64,000 nt of DNA from Macrostomum lignano (Eukaryota), in assembly GCA_002269645.1 (NCBI GenBank), contig NIVC01000567.1, forward strand, positions 470,737-534,736, written 5' to 3'. Positions 33,879-64,000 of this stretch are shown here, one piece after another. Every line of letters begins with the position of its first letter. Position 1 is the first letter of the stretch. The notes under the pieces were generated by a model. It saw nothing but the letters and a program-made list of their open reading frames with translations, had not been told where the DNA came from and did no database searches. The translations under genes were made by a program, and so were the position numbers.

Positions 33879-34109
33879 CAAACGGTGTCTGTATATTTAA
33901 CTGAGAACTCTTGAGTAAGCACTGGACTTCCTGCTCCAACAGTTGCTAATAAAAAGTCAGTCCAAAATCAAATACAAAAATCAGAGCCGGAGAAAGCGCC
34001 AAACCAGGAAGCGCCAAACCAAAAATTCTCGGCAACGAAAAATCTGGAGTAGGCATTGAGCAGTCTGAGCAGATTGGGGAAATTATGATTGGCTTTGTGC
34101 CAGAGTTTC

Positions 34110-34465
34110 AGGATAAACAAAACGGCAATCGGATAAACAAAACGGCAATCGGATAAACAAAACGGCAATCGGATAAACAAAACGGCAATCGGATAAACAA
34201 AACGGCAATCGGATAAACAAAACGGCAATCAGATAAACAAAACGGCAATCGGATAAGCAAAACGTCAATTGGATAAGCAAAACGTCAATCGGATAAACAA
34301 GACGGCAATCGGATAAACAAAACGGCAATCGAATAAACAAAACGGCAATCGGATAAACAAAACGGCAATCGGATAAACAAAACGGCAATCGGATAAACAA
34401 AACGGCAATCGGATAAACAAAAAGGGAAACCGGATAAACAAAAGGGCAACCGGATAAACAAAAAC
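34110..34465. repeat. 20-bp minisatellite (ggataaacaaaacggcaatc)
   Basis: About 17 copies, just beyond the stop of ankyrin-kinase copy 2. Confidence 0.96.
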
Positions 34466-34537
34466 AGACAACGTCGGCAAGCGAAACCGCCCGCTTCAAG
34501 AGTCGTTCCGCTCCCTCACAGCCCGTCGCTCTCGCAG

Positions 34538-37500
34538 TCACGATGAGGCACTCAGGAAGCTGTGCCGCAGCAGCTCCGCGGTGTCCGCTCGCTTCCTCGG
34601 GTCATAGTCTACGCACCTGAGGTAGAAGTCCTTCAGGTCGGCTGAGAACCCGTCCGCAATCTGAGGCATCTCCCTCCCTGCGCATCTTAGCACGGCGATC
34701 CTGAACTGCTGAATGTTCGCGTCAGGAGGCTGCATGGCCGTCAGCTCATACACGGTGCAGCCGAAGGCCCACACGTCGGTCTTGGCTGAGTACGGAATCG
34801 AGTCGTCCTCGCCCATGAACAGCTCGGGCGCCAGGAAGTAGGGGGTGCCTTTGGGATCGACGCCTGTGCTCAGGCCGCAGGTGCCGACGATCTCCTTGGC
34901 GAGACCGAAGTCGATCAGCTTGATGACGCCCTCGTTGTTGAGCATTGCATTGGAGCTCTTGATGTCACGGTGCAAGATGGCGCCCTGCGGCTGGCAGTGC
35001 AGGAAGTTCAGGCCTGAGCAGATCTGCAGGTCGAGAAGTTTTGTGTTGTAAATTTGTTAAAATCATAAAATCATTCTGGATCCCACCCACAGTGACTCCA
35101 TACCTGATCCCACACTGATCCCACTCTGATCCCACACTGATGCCACACTAATCCCACACTGATCCCACACTGATCTCACACTGATCCCTCACCGATTCCA
35201 CACTGATCCCAGGCTGATCCCACACTGATCCCACACTGATCCCACACTGATCCCTCACCGATTCCACACTGATCCCAGGCTGATCCCACACTGATCCCAC
35301 ACTGATCCCACACTGATCCCTCACCGATTCCACACTGATCCCAGGCTGATCCCACACTGATCCCACACTGATCCCACACTAATCCCATACTGATCCCACA
35401 CCGATTCCACACTGATCTCACGCTGATCCCACACTGATCCCACACTGATCCCACACTAATCCCATACTGATCCCACACCGATTCCACACTGATCTCACGC
35501 TGATCCCACACTGATCCCACCCATGTCAGGCAATCCTAGAGAACCCAGAGACGCACCTGTCTGGAGAAGTCCCTGACCCCGGACTCCTTGAACGGCTTGT
35601 TCTGACGCTGCATCAGCTCAAAGAGGCTGTGACCCGAGACCAGCTCGGTGAAGATGTACAGCCCATTCGACTTCTGCTCGCACTTGAAGAACTGCACAAT
35701 GTTGGGATGCGAGAGTCGCTTGAGGATCTCAACTCCCCGCTTCTCCATCTCGACGGCTTTCTGCAGCTTCCCCGATTGGCCGGTGCCGCTCAGGGGCAGC
35801 ACCTTGACAGCCACCGTCTGGTTGCGGTCTGTGAGGGCCTTGTACACCTTGCATACGAATCCGCCACGGCCGATGAGCTGCTTCTTGTTGTCCTGCCGGA
35901 TGAAGTCCCAGTCGGTGAAGCTGCAGGAGTCCAGCTGCTTCTTGGCGCTGAAAATATGAGGTGAAGGAATCTGATGAATTTTGTGTGGCTTGGTGCTTCC
36001 TGAGTACTTTGGAGTCCTCAGCCTTCTGCGTCACCACCCTTCTGCGTCACCAGTTTTTGTCACCCACCTTGTGTGTCACCCACCTTGTGTGTCACCCACC
36101 TTGTGTGTCACCCACCTTGTGTGTCACCCACCTTGTGTGTCACCCACCTTGTGTGTCACCCACCTTGTGTGTCACCCACCTTGTGTGTCACCCACCTTGT
36201 GTGTCACCCACCTTGTGTGTCACCCACCTTTTGCGTCCCAGCGCGGACTCACCCAGTCTCCTCAGAAAGTCCCTCCTCGGACGGCCCAGAGGTTAGGGAG
36301 GTCCATAAGGAGGTTAGGGGCGCCATGAGGAGGTTTAGGGCGCCATGAAGAGCTGTCCTGGCAAATCCGTGGTGCCCTCGCTTGACTGCGGCGCTGCTGA
36401 AAATTTCAGGGCGTCGATCATCAAAGCGCAATGAACTTTCGTTATATAACATGTTCAGTATTTTTAATATCATGCAGCAGTTCTCAGTCAGGACTCACCC
36501 AGCTGAGGCGGCAGTCGGCGCTGAGCTGCCAGCGGGAGGCCGAGAGGCTTCGAGCCGCGTGGAGGAAATCCAGGCCCGCTTTGCTGACCGGTCTGTGCGG
36601 CACCGATCACTCTCAACAACATCAACCGGTGTTTCGCCCCTGTTGTTCTTCAAGCGGAACATTTCGACTCCGGTTTGTTCAAAAATGAACTGAAGAGAGT
36701 CGACTGGCTGCTGCTGAGCGGCCAAATGGACGGCCGTGTTACCGTCTTTGTCAGGAACTGTGAGGCAGTCGCTGCCGAGCTCCGTCACAAGCCACTTCAG
36801 ATTTGAATTGTCAGACTTCTGAGCAGCAAAGTGAGACGCTATTGTATTACTCGTTGTCTTCAGCCAAAAGCAGTCAGTTCCGATCTGTCTCTTGATCCAC
36901 TCCAGCGACTCGATGCCCTGATGCTGAGCGGTAAAATGGACGGCCGTGTCACCGTCTTCGTTAGGAACTGTGAGACAGTCGCTGCCGAGCTCCTTCACCA
37001 GCCACTCCAGATTTGAATTGTCAGACTTCTGAGCAGCAAAGTGAAATGCTTTTTCATCACACCAACCATTCAGTCGAAAGGAGTCAGTTCCGATCTGTCT
37101 CTTGATCCACTCCAGCGACTCGATGCCCTGATGCTGAGCGGCCAAATGGACAGCCGTGTCACCGTATTCGTTGGGAACTGTGAGACAGTCCCTGCCGACT
37201 TCCTTCACCAGCCACTTTAGACAAGAGTTGCTTTTTCTGTTCATCGCAGCGAAGTGAGCGACTGTGTGTGCCGATCCATCGGCAAATCCCAAGCAGTCTC
37301 TGGCTCCCTTCTCTTTAACCAGCTTCATCCAAGTTTCGTCCTGATGCAGGGCTGCTAGGTGCACTGGAATCTCACCCCTATCATTTCCATGTGTCAGACA
37401 GTCGGGTCCGAATCTGTCAATCAGCAGCTCCAGGCACGACGAACTCACCGGCTTGCAGGCCACGTGATGGACCAGCGGCATTTTAAGAAGCTCTTTAAAG

Positions 37501-37634
37501 GGATATTCTTGTGTGTCAAAGCCGCCCACTTCCAGCTCGATGTTGCTGCCGACCTCACCGCACAGTCGCTGCAGCTCCTCGCTGTCTCCAGCCTCCAGCG
37601 CTGCTCTCAGCTTCCGCTCCATCTCTGTTGCCAT
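34538..37634 (-). CDS. Ankyrin-repeat + MAP3K19/STE11-like kinase-domain protein, copy 2 (about 718 aa; 8 ANK repeats)
   Basis: Exons 36499-37634, 36253-36396 (acceptor less certain; 36357 also in frame), 35557-35947, 34538-35023. Same exon phases and same intron minisatellite as copy 1. Kinase motifs GRGGFVC, VAVK, HRDIKSSN, DFG, GTPYFLAPE. Confidence 0.83.
35078..35520. repeat. 11-bp minisatellite (actgatcccac) in ankyrin-kinase copy 2 intron 3
   Basis: About twice the length of the copy 1 array. Confidence 0.93.
36025..36232. repeat. 16-bp minisatellite (cacccaccttgtgtgt) in copy 2 intron 2
   Basis: About 11 copies; only 2-3 related degenerate units in the matching intron of copy 1. Confidence 0.93.
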
Positions 37635-40600
37635 GGCTACACTGCTTCTCCTAGCAGCGCTTCTCTACCGATCTGCTGTCTGCCGCAGCTGTTCCACACG
37701 GCTTCAAACTGAGTGCTTTGCTCTTCTTCAAGCGAATTTGCCAGCCAGCTCAGCAGCAGCAGCAAAAGTCCCGCTGTCACGGACTGAAATCTCTGAGCTC
37801 TCCCTGTGCAGAGAAATTTGTTTAAATGGACTGAGGCCGATTCTCTTCTCTGACCCAGCGGCTGTGTTTGAGGCCTGATTGGGTGCCAGGGGGTCCGGCA
37901 GCTGCTCTGCTCAGCGGGGTGAGAGATGCAGGAGCAGTGGGATGCTGCGAGCTCTGCTGAGTTAAACAATGAGAGCTGCCTGTGGCTGCGTGCTCGGCAT
38001 AGCAAGTGCAGATTGTTTCTTTAGAAATGGAATGGCCAACTTTTGACAAATAGAGTGCAGTAGTTATGAGAGAAGAGAGGAGAATGAAAGGTAGGTGTTG
38101 CAGTGATGACTTAAACAGGCTTAAATGCTATGCACAATTAAAAACGTACAGCTATATGGGCTGTTAATCATGAGCAACTGTAGTAGGACGCTTAGCGATC
38201 GCTGATCGTGCAATTTAATTGTAGGCAAAAATGCATTACTTTTCTTCTTTTGAAACACTAACTTGACCATATGTCGCCTTAAACGTGCATGTATATTATC
38301 AATTAAGAGGTTAAGAAGTCCTTTGAAGGAACATTCTATAGCTATTTTTGTAGAAAACTATTTTAGCTTGCAAGTATGCTCTTCTTGCAGAGAATTTTTA
38401 CTTCCATTCTTGATGACATCATTTAAATAAAATAATTTCTAGACTTCCATCCTGGACAAGAATTGATTTTACGCCTTCTTACACTGGCGGTAGACAGTCC
38501 CATTGTTCTAGCTTAACCGACGATCCCGAGCGAGGCTTCATCGAAGATCGGGCCACGCATCTTCAACGCGAGGTTCACCTGACGAAACAGGAAAATTCTG
38601 CTGAGCATCGGAGGCCGATCGCGAAACCTTAGCCGAAGACCCGATGTAACGCTCCAACGCACACGAAGAATGTCCAAGAAAACGTGCAATGTCGCCCCTT
38701 GACAAGCCGGAATCTCAAATGAGTGGTAGCTATAGCATAACGTCTTACAGAGACTTAATTAGTTAATAGTTGATATGTACACATCAGAAGTATAGCTACC
38801 GGTAGGTAGACAGTCCGTAAGACTAAGTCCGTAAGTCCGTAACAACATTCTTCAAAATGTGGATACTCAGGACCTGGTTTAATTTGCAGTTACCCACACT
38901 TACCAACTCGAATTCTGTCTTATTTGTGGATAGGCCTAGCTACAGATAAAAAGAGTTGAACTTTTGTGCAGTCTTGGGGGTCGGTCGGTGGTGACGCGTG
39001 GCGTGGTGGCACTTCGTTGAAGGTCTCGAAGGTCGCCTGTATGTCTATAGACTACAGGTCAACTTAGAGGGTCGCCATCGTCCATTTCATTCACCGATTA
39101 TGTCTAATGACTGAATGCTGCATGCAGAAGGGGATTCTTTCATTTCAGTTTTGGGAACGCAGCCGTCTCTGATATGCCGATCGGATGCTTTTGTTGAAGG
39201 TCCCGACGGTGATGAAGGAGACCCTGGTGCCTGGGATGCTGAAGGCCTCTACGACAGGTGGACCCAGATTATTGAGCCAATATGGATTCACCATAAAGGT
39301 TTACAGTTTAGTGCTGGTTGTCCTTGCCACCAGTGTCTTCGACAAGAACCGCTGAATATCTCGACGATGCTCGAGAGAAGGATCAATGTTGCTGCAGCTG
39401 ATTGTCGAATATGAGTCGATGTGAAAGTTCACCACTACCACATCACAACCCAAACGCCGTCAACCATGGAAATTGCAGTCACATAATTTCCAAATAATTG
39501 CATGGTGCACTCACAAGGAGAGCAAAATTATTCAGGTAGCTAAAATATGCAAAACACAAAGAAATTGCATTGAACTTCACTCAGCTGTTAACCAAAACAT
39601 TTTTGCTATTCTTCTGTGATGCAGGACAAATATTAGATTTTTTATTTGCAGATTACTTGAAAGATAGACTTGTTAAAATAAAAAGGTTTTTCGAGTTACC
39701 AATTGATTTTACTAGAATCATAAGTAAAACAAGAAAACATATTTAAAACATGATAACACTGAGTAATAAAAACGAATTAAATTGCACAGGTTTTCATATT
39801 GAAATTTTAAAGTAGCTATTTCAGAACCTCTTCACTGCCATCGAAAATCTAGATTTCAAATTAAAATTCGAATTACACAGACTAAGGCCATCCATTGGAC
39901 TCTTACCAAAGTTTAAAATATGAAAATCAAATCAATTTTTAAAAGGCACACGGAGTCTATCGTTTGACTGAGTGGAGTGGGTTGCTTGCACTGTGAACAT
40001 TTTCTGTTGCTATTTATAGAAACAAAATAAAAGTACATTCTCAGGCTGGCCAATCAGAACTGGACTGGTGAAAAGTACAATTAAATCTATGGCACAAATT
40101 AAAAATCAAGGGTAGTAATATAAATTTTTTAACTTGAAAGCTTTTTTTTAGTGCAAATATAAACATTTATTTATATAAAGGCAGCTAGTATTCATTGCAC
40201 ATGAAATATTACAGATATTCTAAGTACTTTTGGGAATGGACTGCAGTTTGTAAACGGGTCTATGGATTATTAGCGTTATATTTAATAGAAAATGTTTTAC
40301 GAGCGTAAATTATTAATTACGAGTAAGTATGGCTATAATCGACAACACATGGACTTTAGCTTTTCTGTAGGAGATAACCATAGGATTTGCATAAGACTAA
40401 AATCTGCTACAATCGCTAACAGACAGTCAGAAATAGAAATACAGAGAACAACTGAAGCTACTACTGCAAGCTCGGATAAAGTTAGTAGTATATAAGTAAG
40501 TAGGATTATTTCACTAGGATTTTATGAATTGGTATTAAGGGAAAAACTCTTCAGTGAGTCCCTCGCCGCGTGTGAAATTAAAAAATAAATTTCTTAAGTA

Positions 40601-40832
40601 ATTGACTACAAATCAATAAGTGGTCCGGTTTTTTGTAATAGCAGCTGCTTTTAGTAGAAAGTGAAAATCTCTTTCATTGCAGAGAAGAGCTGAGGAGCAG
40701 AAAAATGTCAGAAAGAAAATCATTCGTTAAAACAAAAAATTGCCATAAATTACAGTAGAAATAGAAATAAAGATAAAATATGTATGAACTGGTTTGACAG
40801 AACACAGACTAAGTCATTGTCAACAAACTGTG

Positions 40833-40846
40833 GTTGCCATGGTAAC
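40833..40846. promoter_or_regulatory. RFX X-box-like site GTTGCCATGGTAAC
   Basis: Fits GTNRCC-N-RGYAAC; the identical 14-mer also occurs at 44609-44622. Confidence 0.45.
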
Positions 40847-40872
40847 GCCCTCGCCGCCGGCATTGACGAAAC

Positions 40873-61681
<20,809 letters not shown>

Positions 61682-62279
61682 CTTGACAGATTAAAACGAA
61701 AAATAGATGAAGAAAAAAGTTAATTAAATAAAAGCTTCGAAGGCACCACTGAACAATACAGAGTGAGCAGACCAATTAAGTTATGTGGGAATCTGCTGAG
61801 TGGGCGGATTCTTTGTCTTCCTATCCATCTGGCTGTCTGTTTTGTAACTACAGAGGATTAAACGTGACAGTTGTACGAGTATATAGAAAGAGAAGAAACG
61901 CGGGTAGATGTATGGATGGGGAACAGACGCAGGCAGTAAATCTTCGGTTTTTTCTTGCTGAACAAAGAAGTTTTCGTGTTGCGTGTGTTTCTTTTTGTCT
62001 TTGATTGAGATGTATATTGGAAAAAGCAAACAAAGAATTACATTTAGAATTCGATACTATCACAGCTTTTGTGTCACAAGTAAAAGCAAAACGTATGGGT
62101 CCTAAAATTTCAAACTAGCGCCAAGTTTTTTTGTTTTTATGGTTCCAGTTTTGAGTTGATGCTCAGTGAAGCAAAACAAATTACTGGGTAGCGTAAGTTT
62201 GAGCTACAGTGTAAAACTACTAATTCTGAGGTACAAATAATAATAATAATTGATTACACCTGCCCTAATGGCAGATGTG

Positions 62280-62455
62280 CAACCGACAGCTCAGCCGCAG
62301 CTATTGCGCGGCGCATCTGAAGGCTGCGTACGGGTGTTCAGTCCAAGGACTGGGGGGTCGCCACACACCCTCAATTACCCCAGCTAATGCTGGCACCCAT
62401 TTTACAGCTGGTGAACTGAAGCAATGCAGAGTTAATTGTCTTGCTGAGGCACTGC
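62280..62455 (-). mobile_element. CORE-SINE-like relic
   Basis: 62396-62452 cccattttacagctggtgaactgaagcaatgcagagttaattgtcttgctgaggcac resembles the recalled MIR/CORE consensus cccattttacagatgaggaaactgaggcacagagaggttaagtgacttgcccaaggtcac. Left boundary approximate. Confidence 0.5.
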
Positions 62456-63239
62456 TATAATGCTGAATTGCTGCAGTGCATCTACTTAATATTGTCGTAC
62501 ATGTATATTAACTTTCTTATGACAATTTAGAAATCGCATTATAACAAAATTGGGATTTCGAAGTTTTTCCAAATCGATTTTACGTCTTCAGTTTTACATT
62601 TCTCGAGAAGATTTGTAGAATTTATTCTACACAAATTGATGTCATTTACTAATTAAACAAAAAATAACGCAAAAACATTTCTAATAAAAAGTCAAACGTG
62701 ACCAGATTACAGCAACGAAGCGTTGTCATGGAAACAGGTCATGTGCTTCAATTTTCAAGATTCATACTTAAATGCAACTACAAGCTGGAAATGTTTTAAA
62801 TCATTTGACTAGCACAACTCTTTGATGCTATTTGAGCTTTAGTTTCCATGACAACCAATTTTATAGCCTTCTAAAATGCCAACAAGAGTATCTAAAATAA
62901 AAGCACAGGTGATTAAACAAAAAGAAGGAATAAGTAAAAAAAGAACACAGACTATAGTTAGTCTCAGTCTTACCCCATCGGGACCGAACTGAAATTACAG
63001 TTAAGATTATTCAATATTGGGATTTGGTTGTTGTTATAGTTTTCTAAACTTCCGTTTATAACAAAGCTATCGTTTTGAGCATGCAATTCCGTTAGTTATT
63101 TATTACTAATTCTATTTTGCAAGCGCTACAAGAATGTGCGGGCTATACAAGTTTTAGCTGGTCATCATGCTTGAATGAGAAGTCGATAAGAAGAAAGTTA
63201 TGTAAAAGCTTTTGAAATCCAAAATTAAAACTTTCCATA

Positions 63240-64000
63240 CCCTCTCTGTAGCTGGCATATCTCCCTTCCGTATAGATGGCGCCCCCTCTCTGTGGCTAGC
63301 ATCCCTTCCGTATAGATGCGCGCCCCTCTCTGTAGCTAGCATCCCCCTTCTGTATAGTGGACCCCCTCTCTGTTAGCTGGCCCACTCTCTGTAGCTGGCA
63401 TCCCACCTCTCTGTAGCTGGCATCCCACTCTCTGTAGCTGGCATCACTTCTGTAGCTGGCATCCACCTCTCTGTAGCTGGCATCCCACCTCTCTGTAGCT
63501 GGCATCCCACCTCTCTGTAGCTGGCATCCCACCTCTCTGTAGCTGGCATCCCACCTCTCTGTAGCTGGCATCCCACCTCTCTGTAGCTGGCATCCCACCT
63601 CTCTGTAGCTGGCATCCCACTCTCTGTAGCTGGCATCCACCTCTCTGTAGCTGGCATCCCACCTCTCTGTAGCTGGCATCCCACCTCTCTGTAGCTGGCA
63701 TCCACCTCTCTGTAGCTGGCATCCCACCTCTCTGTAGCTGGCATCCCACCTCTCTGTAGCTGGCATCCCACCTCTCTGTAGCTGGCATCCCACCTCTCTG
63801 TAGCGGCATCCCACCTCTCTGTAGCTGGCATCCCACCTCTCTGTAGCTGGCATCCACCTCTCTGTAGCTGGCATCCCACCTCTCTGTAGCGGCATCCCAC
63901 CTCTCTCTAGCTGGCATCCACCTCTCTGTAGCTGGCATCCCTTCTCTGTAGCTGGCATCCCACCTCTCTGTAGCTGGCATCCCACCTCTCTCTAGCTGGC
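63240..64000. repeat. About 22-bp minisatellite (ctctctgtagctggcatcccac), runs off the window end
   Basis: More than 30 copies. Confidence 0.96.

Overview
Eukaryotic (metazoan) genomic DNA with GC-rich exons and AT-rich introns, most of which carry their own micro- or minisatellite. This style is reminiscent of the flatworm Macrostomum (inference only). All gene models were spliced by hand from GT-AG sites, intron phase consistency and recalled family motifs; no database search was run. From left to right: (1) a KIF28/KLP-6-like kinesin-3 (minus strand, 3'-truncated by the window start); (2) head-to-head with it, a complete NEK11-like kinase (plus strand) whose introns hold a hAT element with a nested MITE and a foldback repeat; (3) two tandem minus-strand paralogues encoding 8-10 ankyrin repeats fused to a MAP3K19/STE11-like kinase domain, separated by about 9 kb of minisatellites, a LINE relic and orphan gene fragments (talin FERM-F3 pseudoexon, aminopeptidase-N C-terminus, spectrin-like exon); (4) an ATP10-like P4-ATPase flippase (minus strand, 5'-truncated by the window end) with an apparent 1-nt frameshift. 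The best candidate for an undescribed system is the ankyrin-kinase pair. Its repeats vary at DARPin-like binding positions on a nearly invariant scaffold. The copies differ in repeat number, N-myristoylation motif and linker exon, and carry different lesions in kinase catalytic motifs, which suggests a diversifying sensor-(pseudo)kinase family. RFX X-box-like palindromes are also strongly over-represented.
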